From an uncultured bacterium (GTDB lineage: Bacteria > Verrucomicrobiota > Kiritimatiellia > RFP12 > UBA1067): a DNA stretch of 54,299 bases. The stretch spans positions 1-54,299 of the forward strand of contig CADAKF010000014.1 in NCBI GenBank assembly GCA_902788415.1. The letters run 5' to 3'. The notes below the pieces were generated by a model that ran no database searches, was not told the DNA's origin, and worked only from the letters and a program-made list of their open reading frames with translations. The translations under genes and the position numbers were made by a program. This document shows, piece by piece, positions 42,928 to 51,447 of this stretch. Numbering within the stretch: the first letter of the stretch is position 1; each line of letters begins with the position of its first letter.

Positions 42928-43808
42928 AGTTCTCCCTGTCCACGAACTGGTGCAACCGGCGAATCGAGTCCGGACGCGAAATCGCCGAGAAGGCGAGGGA
43001 GCTCGGTTTTGACGAACTTGAGCTCGGTTTCCACACGACGGCCGTGCAGGCGAAGGAAATCGCTGCACTCCGCGATGCGATTCCCGTTGGCAGCATTCAC
43101 GCGTTCTGCCCCGTGCCGATCAGCGCGCCGCAGGGCTATCCCGAGCTCTATCTTCTTGCGGACTTTGACGACGAAACGCGCAAGATGGCGCAGATCCACG
43201 TCCGTCGGAACATTTTCTTTGCCGCGGAAACAGGGGCGGACACGGTCGTGCTGCACGCGGGGCGGGTGATGTGCCGAGGCTTCCTGCGCCGGTGGGATAT
43301 GAAACGCCGCGTCAGCCGTGGGCGGAAGATGCTCGACGTCTTCAAGAAGGAGCTTGCTGCCCTCGTTCCCGTTCTCGAACAGACGAAGGTTACGCTCGCT
43401 CTCGAGAACCTTCCCTACCTCGAGGGCTTTCCGGCGGAATGGGAGATCGGCGAACTGGTCGGAGACTGGGTGAAGCCGTGGCTCGACACGGGGCATGACT
43501 TCGTGAGACGGGCGAATCGGTGGACTGTTCCGTTTTTAACGAGCGGAAAGGATTCCGCTTCTCCGCTCTTACAGCCCGTTGGCCTGCACATCAGCGATTC
43601 GCTTGGTGAAGACGACCATCTTGCGCCGGGCGCGGGAAAGGTCGACTTCGCCGCCCTCGGGGACATGGCGCGGCAGGCGCGGCATCTTGTCTTCGAACCG
43701 AACCCCGGCGTGACCGAAGAGGAACTCAAGAAGGGCCTGGCCTTTATCCGGGAGCTTTGGTCGCCCCAGAAGGCCACGCCGGACTCCGATCGCCAAACGC
43801 TCAGCTAA
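42924..43808 (+). CDS. Sugar phosphate isomerase/epimerase (xylose-isomerase-like TIM barrel)
   Basis: 'GFDELELG', 'VVLHAG', 'LALENLP'. ATGA overlap with the holB stop. Confidence 0.65.
   Translation: MKFSLSTNWCNRRIESGREIAEKARELGFDELELGFHTTAVQAKEIAALRDAIPVGSIHAFCPVPISAPQGYPELYLLADFDDETRKMAQIHVRRNIFFAAETGADTVVLHAGRVMCRGFLRRWDMKRRVSRGRKMLDVFKKELAALVPVLEQTKVTLALENLPYLEGFPAEWEIGELVGDWVKPWLDTGHDFVRRANRWTVPFLTSGKDSASPLLQPVGLHISDSLGEDDHLAPGAGKVDFAALGDMARQARHLVFEPNPGVTEEELKKGLAFIRELWSPQKATPDSDRQTLS
43541..43568 (+). repeat. Core copy of the palindromic in-frame element
   Basis: gagcggaaaggattccgcttctccgctc; translated 'TSGKDSASPL'. Confidence 0.85.
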
Positions 43809-43820
43809 CCACTAACAGCT
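43803..43820 (+). repeat. Short AACAGCT-family heptad tract (single arm)
   Basis: agctaaccactaacagct, spanning the stop codon and the spacer. Confidence 0.6.
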
Positions 43821-43824
43821 TTCC

Positions 43825-46800
43825 ATGACGCAGATTCCAAAAACAGAAGACTTTCTCCTCAAGTGGCGCGGCGACACGCTGACCGTGACACTGAAGCTCG
43901 ACGCGCCGCGCAAGGGTCGCGCCGCATTTCGCACCAACATCGGGCACGCGTCGATCCGCCGCCGCGAGATCATCGATGAGACCGAGAAGGGCCTGACGCC
44001 GCTCGCGAAGGCGTGGACGGACATTCCGCTCAAGGAAGTGTCGCCGGGGCTTTTCAGGGCGGACATCCGCCTGGATGAAGTCGGCGTCTTCTCCGGCAAG
44101 GCCTGTTTCTTTCCCGAGGGGTCGCATGTGCCCGAGTGGCCCGAGGGCCGCAACACGCACATCAAGGTCGAGAGCGGCGAGACACGCGCGGGTAACTCGA
44201 TCTACTGCGTCTTTCCGCGGCAGTTCGGCTCGTTTCGCGAGGTCATCCGGCGGCTCCCGCTCATCATGGACACGATGGGCTTCCGGATCGTCCAGACGCT
44301 GCCGCCGTTCCCCGTGCCGACGACCTACGCGGTGATGGGCGAATACGGCTGTCCGTTCGCGGCGACCGACTTCCTTTCCGTCGATCCGGCCATGGCCGAG
44401 TTCGACGAGCGTGCGACGCCGCTTGACCAGTTCAAGGAGCTGATCGGCGCCGTTCACGCGCGGAACGGGCTCATGCTGATCGACCTCCCCGCAAACCACA
44501 CGGGCTGGGCGTCGACGCTGCAAACGCATCATCCGGAGTGGTTTCACCGTCGGGACGACGGCAGGTTCGTGAGTCCCGGCGCCTGGGGCGTCACCTGGGC
44601 GGATCTCGTCGAGCTCGACTATTCGAATCCCGAACTGCGGACCTACATGGCGGACGTCTTCCTCTTCTGGTGCCGCCTTGGCGTGGACGGCTTCCGGTGC
44701 GACGCCGGCTACATGATTTCCGCCGAGACATGGGAGTACATTGTCGCCAAGGTGCGCGAGGAGTATCCCGACACGATCTTCATGCTCGAGGGCCTCGGCG
44801 GCAGCCTCGAGACGACGGACCGCCTGCTCGCCGAATCCAATCTTGACTGGGCCTATTCCGAGGTCTTCCAGACCTACGACCGCGGACAGTTCGAGTGGTA
44901 TCTGCCGAATGCGATTGCGCGCGCGGAAAAATACGGCGCGCTCGTCCACTTTGCCGAGACGCACGATAACGACCGTCTCGCGAAGGGCGGCGAGACCTAT
45001 GCGAAGCTGCGCGTCCAGCTTGCGGCGCTCCTTTCGTGGCAGGGCGCCTGGGGCATCGCCAATGGCGTCGAGTGGTTCTGCACGGAAAAGATCGATGTGC
45101 ATGGCAAGAACGGGCTCAATTGGGGTGCGGACCGGAATATGGTCGGACTCATCGCCAGGCTCAACGGGATCCTACGCACGCATCCGTCATTCACCGGACC
45201 TGGACGGCTCGAAGTCGTCACGCGCGGCGACGGCAACACACTCGCCGTTGTCCGCCATGCCGACAACATCTGCGATTCGCTGCTCGTTCTCGCCAATCTC
45301 GACTGCTGCCATCCTGCGCAAATCGACTGGGCGCGTCCAAAATACGATCATTCAGAGACATTTGACGTCCTGAGCGGACGCAAGGTCTGCGCTGCCGGTC
45401 CTGTCGAGCTCGGGCCGGGAGAGGTCCTTTGCTTGCGCACGGCGGAAAGTCCAGACGCCCGCGCAGTCCGACCGGAGATTCCGAAGCCGGCCCGAGAGCC
45501 GCTTTTCCACATCGTCATGCCGCGCGATGCAAAACGCGATGTCGTCGTTCCGGAAGGGCAGCTGGTCGAAGTGTCTGCACCGACCCGTTTCCGCGTGCGG
45601 CTCGTCGATCCCGAGACCGGCAAGACGGTCCGCGTTCGGCGTTCGGACGATGCCAACCGCGCCATCTTCGACGCGCCACACTACCACGGCGATGGCGGGC
45701 GGTGTCGCGCCCTGCACCTGGACGTGGCCATCTATCGGGACGGTCGGGCCGAGCAGATGCGCTCGCGCTTTCTTGTGCCGCCGCCGGCGCGCAAGGCGAA
45801 GATGCGACTGTCTCTCTCCGGCGAGGAGGTCCGTTGCGCACCGAACGGCCGGACGGTCCTCTCCAACGGCGCAGGCGCCGCGGCGCAGGTGCGCGTCGGC
45901 TGGGGCGAGATCCGCTCGCAGTACGACGCCTTCCTCGCGGCAAACCCGAATCCGTCCGTGCCATCCGACCGCCTGAACCTCTGGGCGCGCACACGCTGCT
46001 GGTTGCAACGCGAGGGTTATACGCGCGAGCTGGACAAGAAGTGTGTGACGCGCTTCACGGCCGATCCGGCGGGACGTTTCGCTCGCTGGGAGTTCGCGGT
46101 TCCCTGCGGCATGGGCAAGGAGACAGCCTTTGTCTTCACCCTGTCTCTCGCGGAAAAGGCGAACGCGGCGACGCTTGCGGTCGAACGTGTCGCCGCAGTG
46201 GCGCGCGACGTCGGCGACCAGGTGCGTCTCGTGTTTCGTCCCGACATCGAGTGGCGCAGCTTCCACGCGACAACCAAGGCCTACCGTGGACCCGACTCGC
46301 TCTTTCCGAAGAGCTCCGTGCCGACGACCGGCGGATTTGCCTTCTCTCCCTACGGCGAGACGTTCACCATGTCCGTCGATGGCGGCGAATATCACCACGA
46401 GCCGCAATGGTGTTACAACGTCGGACATCCCGAGGAGGCGGCGCGCGGCCAAGACGGCTCGGGCGACCTCTTTTCGCCCGGATGGATCTCGGCAGACCTC
46501 AAGGTCGGCGAGACCTGCAAGATTGTCGCCTCTCTTGGTGAATCCCCGTCTCCCACGTCTTCCGTCTCAAGTTCTAAAACGCCTCCCGCGCAGGACTCTC
46601 GACGAGAGACGAAAGACGTGATCGGTTTTGCCGATTCACTTCGCCGCTCGCTTGAGCTCTACATTGTCCGCCGCGATGACCTGAAGACCGTCATCGCGGG
46701 CTATCCCTGGTTCCTTGACTGGGGACGCGACACGTTTATCTTCATGCGGGGCATGATCGCCGCCGGGATGACGGACGACGCGCTCAAGATCTTGCAGGCA

Positions 46801-47742
46801 TTTGCCGCGTTCGAGGAGAACGGGACACTTCCGAACATCATCTACGGCAAGACCGCCGGCAACCGCGACACGACTGACGCGCAGCTCTGGTTCGTCCGCT
46901 GCGTACAAGAAATGTTTGAAAGTTTGAACGTTTCAAGGTTTGAAGGTTCGGGGGATAAACTCTCAAACTCTCAAACCCTCAAACATTCAAACCTTTTCAA
47001 AACCTGCGAATCAATTGTCGACAACTACATCAAGGGGACTCCGAACGGAATCCACATGGATCCTGAGTCTGGCCTCGTCTGGTCGCCGTCGCATTTCACC
47101 TGGATGGACACGAACTATCCGGCCTGCACGCCGCGCGTCGGCTACCCCGTCGAAATCCAGGCGCTCTGGATCAGTGCGCTCAGGTTCCTTGGCCGCGACG
47201 AACTTGCGGCAAAGGCGCAGGTCTCGCTCGAAAGGCTCTTCAAGTGGGAGTTTGGCTATCGCGACTGCCTGGCGGCGCCGCACGGAGAGCCGGCAGCACA
47301 GGCGATGCCGGAGGATACGATCCGTCCGAACCAGCTCTTCCTCATCACGTTGGGCGTCCTAAAAGACAAGTCGATCCTGCGCGCGACGGAAGAGCTGCTC
47401 GTGCCGGGCGGTGTCCGCTCCCTGAACGCGCTGCATCCGCTTTACCGCGGCATTTATGCGGGCGACGAGAATACGGCGAGAAAACCCGCCTATCACAACG
47501 GCACGGTCTGGGCGTGGCCGTTTCCGCTCTATGCGGAGGCGCTTGTCGCGGCCGGGGCCTGCACGAAGGACGTCGCGCTCTCGCTGCTCGCCGGTGCGGT
47601 CGAAAACCTGAACACGGGCTGCCTCTGTCATTTGAGCGAAAACGCTGACGGCGATGCGCCGCACGCGCAGAAGGGTTGCACGGCCCAGGCCTGGAGCGAC
47701 TCGGAGCTTCTACGCGTCTGGTTGAAGCTCGGTGGCAAGTAA
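43825..47742 (+). CDS. 1305-aa fusion: GH13 alpha-amylase-family catalytic domain + amylo-alpha-1,6-glucosidase (GDE C-terminal) domain
   Basis: GH13 regions 'DLPANH', 'GFRCDAGYM', 'FMLEGLGG', 'FAETHDN'. C-half 'GYPWFLDWGRDTFI' and 'WMDT' are typical of glycogen debranching enzymes. Confidence 0.8.
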   Translation: MTQIPKTEDFLLKWRGDTLTVTLKLDAPRKGRAAFRTNIGHASIRRREIIDETEKGLTPLAKAWTDIPLKEVSPGLFRADIRLDEVGVFSGKACFFPEGSHVPEWPEGRNTHIKVESGETRAGNSIYCVFPRQFGSFREVIRRLPLIMDTMGFRIVQTLPPFPVPTTYAVMGEYGCPFAATDFLSVDPAMAEFDERATPLDQFKELIGAVHARNGLMLIDLPANHTGWASTLQTHHPEWFHRRDDGRFVSPGAWGVTWADLVELDYSNPELRTYMADVFLFWCRLGVDGFRCDAGYMISAETWEYIVAKVREEYPDTIFMLEGLGGSLETTDRLLAESNLDWAYSEVFQTYDRGQFEWYLPNAIARAEKYGALVHFAETHDNDRLAKGGETYAKLRVQLAALLSWQGAWGIANGVEWFCTEKIDVHGKNGLNWGADRNMVGLIARLNGILRTHPSFTGPGRLEVVTRGDGNTLAVVRHADNICDSLLVLANLDCCHPAQIDWARPKYDHSETFDVLSGRKVCAAGPVELGPGEVLCLRTAESPDARAVRPEIPKPAREPLFHIVMPRDAKRDVVVPEGQLVEVSAPTRFRVRLVDPETGKTVRVRRSDDANRAIFDAPHYHGDGGRCRALHLDVAIYRDGRAEQMRSRFLVPPPARKAKMRLSLSGEEVRCAPNGRTVLSNGAGAAAQVRVGWGEIRSQYDAFLAANPNPSVPSDRLNLWARTRCWLQREGYTRELDKKCVTRFTADPAGRFARWEFAVPCGMGKETAFVFTLSLAEKANAATLAVERVAAVARDVGDQVRLVFRPDIEWRSFHATTKAYRGPDSLFPKSSVPTTGGFAFSPYGETFTMSVDGGEYHHEPQWCYNVGHPEEAARGQDGSGDLFSPGWISADLKVGETCKIVASLGESPSPTSSVSSSKTPPAQDSRRETKDVIGFADSLRRSLELYIVRRDDLKTVIAGYPWFLDWGRDTFIFMRGMIAAGMTDDALKILQAFAAFEENGTLPNIIYGKTAGNRDTTDAQLWFVRCVQEMFESLNVSRFEGSGDKLSNSQTLKHSNLFKTCESIVDNYIKGTPNGIHMDPESGLVWSPSHFTWMDTNYPACTPRVGYPVEIQALWISALRFLGRDELAAKAQVSLERLFKWEFGYRDCLAAPHGEPAAQAMPEDTIRPNQLFLITLGVLKDKSILRATEELLVPGGVRSLNALHPLYRGIYAGDENTARKPAYHNGTVWAWPFPLYAEALVAAGACTKDVALSLLAGAVENLNTGCLCHLSENADGDAPHAQKGCTAQAWSDSELLRVWLKLGGK
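46545..46620. repeat. In-frame hairpin module of the CGTCTYC/GRGACG family in the GDE gene
   Basis: cacgtcttccgtctc (46554-46568) pairs 14/15 with gagacgaaagacgtg (46606-46620). Encodes 'SPSPTSSVSSSKTPPAQDSRRETKDV'. Confidence 0.8.
46914..47004. repeat. In-frame inverted repeat of GTTTGARR octamers in the GDE gene
   Basis: Left arm gtttgaaa gtttgaac gtttcaag gtttgaag. Right arm is the complement (ctcaaac units). Encodes 'FESLNVSRFEGSGDKLSNSQTLKHSNLFKT'. Confidence 0.9.
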
Positions 47743-47751
47743 TGGTATAAT
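47743..47751 (+). promoter_or_regulatory. Extended -10 TGGTATAAT upstream of nusB
   Basis: Exact motif immediately after the GDE stop; leader of about 21 nt. Confidence 0.5.
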
Positions 47752-47779
47752 ACACGGCAGCTAGCCAAGGATCTTTGAC

Positions 47780-48220
47780 ATGCAAGCGACACGCAGAACG
47801 GCCCGCGAATGGGCGATACAGATGCTGACTGCGGCGGATTTGAATCCGCCGGACGATGTGACGGCCTTCGTGGCCTCCTATTGGAACCAGGTTTCGGACC
47901 TTGATGACGAGGACGGGGGCCCGTCGGAGGCGAAGGGCAAGCTGAAGCTGTTTGCCGAAGAGCGTGTCGCTGGCGTCCTGAACTCCGTCAAGGAACTTGA
48001 CGACGTTCTTGTGCCGCTTCTGGACCATTGGGACCTTTCTCGCCTCGGCACGGTCGAGCGCGCAGTTCTCCGCATGGGCATCTGGGAAATGAAGAACACC
48101 GACGTGCCAAAGCCGGTTGTCATCAACGAGGCGATCGACCTCGCCAACTGGTTTTCCAGCCCAAAGAGCCGTACGCTCGTCAATGGCGTTCTTGATAAGT
48201 TCGCGAAGAGAATGGCGTAA
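47780..48220 (+). CDS. nusB: Transcription antitermination factor NusB
   Basis: 'AREWAIQML', 'VERAVLRMGIWEM', 'INEAIDLA'. Confidence 0.9.
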   Translation: MQATRRTAREWAIQMLTAADLNPPDDVTAFVASYWNQVSDLDDEDGGPSEAKGKLKLFAEERVAGVLNSVKELDDVLVPLLDHWDLSRLGTVERAVLRMGIWEMKNTDVPKPVVINEAIDLANWFSSPKSRTLVNGVLDKFAKRMA

Positions 48221-48244
48221 TTTCGGCATAACAGTTGTGGAGCG

Positions 48245-49339
48245 ATGTTGACGAAAGCTGACACCGATTTTCTGTGGCGGGCGCTGGAGCTCGCCAAGAA
48301 GGGCGAAGGACATACGCGCCCGAATCCGCCCGTCGGCGCGGTCGTCGTCAAGGGCGGCAAGATCATCGGCGAGGGCTGGCACAAGCGCTGTGGCGGTGAT
48401 CACGCCGAAGTCGCCGCGATCAAGGACGCGCTCCGCAAGCTCAAAAAAAACGACATTCAAGACCTCAGAACCTGCATCCTCTACGTCACGCTGGAGCCGT
48501 GCTCGAAGCCAGGACGCGTCGGCGCGTGCACAGACGCCATCATTGCCGCAGGCGTCAAGCGTGTCGTCTACGCCGTCGCCGATCCAAACCCGAAGAACCG
48601 CGGCAAGGCGAAGCGGACATTGGCAAGACACGGGATTGTGTGCGAACGGGCGGACGCGAAGCAGAACGTCGTGCATCAGTGCGACGAACTGATCCGCGCC
48701 TTCAGAAAGCACATGACGACGGGGCTGCCGTTTGTCACGGTGAAACTGGCGATGTCTCTTGACGGAAAAATCTGCGACAATTGGGGTCGCGCACGCTGGA
48801 TCTCCTGCGAGGCGTCGAGAAAGCTCACCGGGCGCCTGCGCGAGACGGTCGACGCAATCATGGTTGGCGCAGAAACCGTCCGCAAGGACAACCCGTCACT
48901 CCTTTCGCACGGCACGCGCAATGACGATCTCATCCGCGTCGTGGTGACGCGTTCCGGAAGACTGCCGAAGAACGCACAGATATTCACCGACGGCGCGCCA
49001 AATAAGACTCTGGTCTTTGTCGTTGGAAAAGAGTCCAGAGACCTCAAGGACGTCTTGCGCCAGCTCGGGAAGGCGGGTGTGATGCAGGTCCTCTGTGAGG
49101 GTGGATTGGAGTTGGCGACATCGCTTGCCGAGGCGGGTCTGGTGGACGAATGGATTACGGTTCTTGCTCCTCTCGTCATCGGAAACGGCAAGATCGAAAG
49201 GGCGGTACGGGGATTTGCTCCGACATTCACGACATGGCCCGGCCTGACGGACAATCTTTGCATTTTTGAAAAAGGTTACGATTGGCGGAAGAACAAGCGC
49301 TGGTTAAGCAAAGGAGGACCGTTGTGTTTACCGGATTGA
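48245..49339 (+). CDS. ribD: Bifunctional riboflavin biosynthesis deaminase/reductase RibD
   Basis: 'HAEVAA', 'TLEPCSKPGRVGAC', and reductase half 'TVKLAMSLDGK'. Confidence 0.9.
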   Translation: MLTKADTDFLWRALELAKKGEGHTRPNPPVGAVVVKGGKIIGEGWHKRCGGDHAEVAAIKDALRKLKKNDIQDLRTCILYVTLEPCSKPGRVGACTDAIIAAGVKRVVYAVADPNPKNRGKAKRTLARHGIVCERADAKQNVVHQCDELIRAFRKHMTTGLPFVTVKLAMSLDGKICDNWGRARWISCEASRKLTGRLRETVDAIMVGAETVRKDNPSLLSHGTRNDDLIRVVVTRSGRLPKNAQIFTDGAPNKTLVFVVGKESRDLKDVLRQLGKAGVMQVLCEGGLELATSLAEAGLVDEWITVLAPLVIGNGKIERAVRGFAPTFTTWPGLTDNLCIFEKGYDWRKNKRWLSKGGPLCLPD

Positions 49340-49953
49340 TCCAAAAGATCGGGACGGTGAAGCGGGTGAGCCGCGGCGAGGGGCTGGTCGTTGAGATCGA
49401 GTTCGAGCCTTGGGCAAAGCCGTTGGAGGAAGGCGAGTCCGTTGCGGTGAACGGCGTGTGCCTGACGGTCGCGAAATTCAACGCAACGCGGTTCACGGCG
49501 GACGTCCTCGAGGAGACCGTTTCGCGTACGGGCATTGGCGACCTCATCCCCGGCGAGAAGGTTAATCTCGAGCGGGCGCTCCGGGCGGGCGACTCGATGG
49601 GCGGACACATCGTGCAGGGGCATGTGGACTGCCGCGGCATGGTCAGGGCGAAGCTGCCGAAGGGACGCGACTTCCAGTTGCAAATCCGGTGCGGACGAGT
49701 GCTCGCCGCGCAATCGGTCCTGAAAGGTTCGATTGCGGTTGACGGCGTGTCGCTTACGATCAGCGCAATCGGCGACGACTGGATTGGCGTCGATCTCATC
49801 CCCACGACCGCGGCGGAGACGATCCTCGGCGTGAAGAAGGTTGGAGACAAGGTCAATCTCGAGGGTGACATCGTCGGCAAGTACATCGCGAAGAACGCGA
49901 CGAAAACGAGTGGACTCACCGAGAAAGCCCTGCAGGACGCCGGCTTTATTTGA
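49324..49953 (+). CDS. ribE: Riboflavin synthase
   Basis: GTG start giving 'MFTGLIQKIG'; 'VNGVCLTV' and 'VDGVSLTI'. AAAGGAGG upstream. Confidence 0.9.
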   Translation: MFTGLIQKIGTVKRVSRGEGLVVEIEFEPWAKPLEEGESVAVNGVCLTVAKFNATRFTADVLEETVSRTGIGDLIPGEKVNLERALRAGDSMGGHIVQGHVDCRGMVRAKLPKGRDFQLQIRCGRVLAAQSVLKGSIAVDGVSLTISAIGDDWIGVDLIPTTAAETILGVKKVGDKVNLEGDIVGKYIAKNATKTSGLTEKALQDAGFI

Positions 49954-49959
49954 TATAAT
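49951..49959 (+). promoter_or_regulatory. Extended -10 TGATATAAT, 7 nt upstream of hisB ATG (leaderless candidate); overlaps the ribE stop
   Basis: Exact motif. Confidence 0.55.
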
Positions 49960-49966
49960 ATCTGTC

Positions 49967-50551
49967 ATGAGAAAAGCCAAAATCGCGCGGAATACGAAGG
50001 AAACGCAAATTAAGCTCGAGTTGAACCTGGACGGATCCGGCAAGGGCTCAATCGACACCGGTATTGGGTTCTTTGACCACATGCTGGAGCTCCTGAAGAA
50101 GCATGCGCTCATCGACTTGACGGTCAAGGCCAAGGGGGATCTCAAGGTCGATTACCACCACACGGTTGAGGACGTGGGACTCGTCTTCGGGCAAGCCCTC
50201 GACAAGGCGCTCGGGGACCGCAAGGGGCTGACGCGCTACGGCTTCGCCTCGATCCCGATGGACGAGGCCCTGTGCGAGACCTCGCTCGATCTCGGGGGGC
50301 GTCCGTTCCTCGTGATGCAGTGCGCGATGAAGCACATGATGGTGAAGGATTTTGAGGTAAAACTCGTGGAAGAGTTTTTCCGCGCGGTCTCCGTCGAGAG
50401 CCGGTCGAACATCCATCTCCGCCAGATTTATGGCGACGAGGCGCATCACGTTTGCGAAGGGCTCTTCAAGAGCTTTGCGCGCGCGCTCCGTGCGGCGAAA
50501 GCCATCGATCCGAAAGAAAAGGGGATTCCAAGTTCAAAGGGGGTCATTTAG
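49967..50551 (+). CDS. hisB: Imidazoleglycerol-phosphate dehydratase
   Basis: 'RNTKETQI', 'GIGFFDHML' and 'HH..E' motifs. Confidence 0.95.
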   Translation: MRKAKIARNTKETQIKLELNLDGSGKGSIDTGIGFFDHMLELLKKHALIDLTVKAKGDLKVDYHHTVEDVGLVFGQALDKALGDRKGLTRYGFASIPMDEALCETSLDLGGRPFLVMQCAMKHMMVKDFEVKLVEEFFRAVSVESRSNIHLRQIYGDEAHHVCEGLFKSFARALRAAKAIDPKEKGIPSSKGVI

Positions 50552-50647
50552 CTGTTAGCTCTTGGCCGTTAGCTGTTAGCGCAAGAGGACAAGGAAACAA
50601 ATGCCAACAGCTAACAGCTAACAGCTAATCGCTAAAAGCTAAAAGCT
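50551..50647. terminator. Long inverted repeat of AGCTGTT/AACAGCT heptads (hisB-hisA spacer)
   Basis: Left arm 50551-50582, 20-nt spacer, right arm 50603-50647 (gccaaca gctaaca gctaaca gctaatc gctaaaa gctaaaa). Confidence 0.6.
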
Positions 50648-51373
50648 ATGATAATTCTACCAGCGATTGATTTGAAAGACGGGAAGTGCGTGCGCTTGAG
50701 GCAGGGACGCGCCGAGGATGTCACGGTCTACGGGGACGATCCCGCGGCGCAGGCGAAGGACTGGGCCGACCAGGGTGGCAAGGAGCTGCATGTCGTCGAT
50801 CTGGACGGGGCGTTTGCGGGCTCACCGAAGCACGCCGAGGTCATTCGGCGCATCATCCAGGCGTTCGGGGGCCCCGTGGAGGTTGGCGGCGGGTTGCGGA
50901 CGCCGGAGGCCCTGGCGGCGGTCATCGAGGCAGGCGCGGCGCGCGCCATCATCGGCAGTGCTGCACTGGACGATCCGGAGTTTCTTTCGCAGGCGGTCGA
51001 GCTTTACGGCGACAAGATTGCGGTCGGCATCGATGCGCGCAACGGCTATGTGCAGACGAAGGGCTGGGTTGAGACGACGAAGACGCTGGCGACGGAGCTT
51101 GCCACGGCGGTTGCGAAGGCCGGCGTGAAGACGATCATCTACACGGACACGGCGACGGACGGCATGTTGGGAGGTCCAAACCTCACCCAGATGGCGGCGA
51201 TTTGCGATGCGGCGCCGACATGCCATATCACGGCTTCGGGCGGCGTCAGTTCGCCGTTTGACCTCGAAAACCTCAAGGCCCTGGAGCGACCGAACCTCCG
51301 GGCTGCGATTGTCGGCAAGGCGCTGTATGACGGGCGGACGACTCTGAAGGAAATGAATGTCGCCGCATTATAG
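50648..51373 (+). CDS. hisA: ProFAR isomerase HisA
   Basis: 'ILPAIDLKDGKCVRL', 'VVDLDGA', 'GGGLR'. Confidence 0.95.
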   Translation: MIILPAIDLKDGKCVRLRQGRAEDVTVYGDDPAAQAKDWADQGGKELHVVDLDGAFAGSPKHAEVIRRIIQAFGGPVEVGGGLRTPEALAAVIEAGAARAIIGSAALDDPEFLSQAVELYGDKIAVGIDARNGYVQTKGWVETTKTLATELATAVAKAGVKTIIYTDTATDGMLGGPNLTQMAAICDAAPTCHITASGGVSSPFDLENLKALERPNLRAAIVGKALYDGRTTLKEMNVAAL

Positions 51374-51379
51374 CAATAG

Positions 51380-51446
51380 GCGATTGGCTTTTAGCGGTTA
51401 GCGAAAACGTCAACTGCTAAAAGTTAACTGCTAACAGCTAAAAGCT
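51380..51446. terminator. Inverted repeat of AGCTGTT/AACAGCT heptads (hisA-peptidase spacer)
   Basis: Left gcgattg gctttta gcggtta gcg; right ctgctaaaagttaactgctaacagctaaaagct. Confidence 0.55.
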
Positions 51447-51447
51447 T

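Noticed and set aside
48221-48244. FMN riboswitch upstream of ribD, and a T-box or other leader upstream of tyrS
   Set aside because: The gaps are only 24 nt (ribD) and 44 nt (tyrS, leaderless promoter), far too short for these structured leaders.
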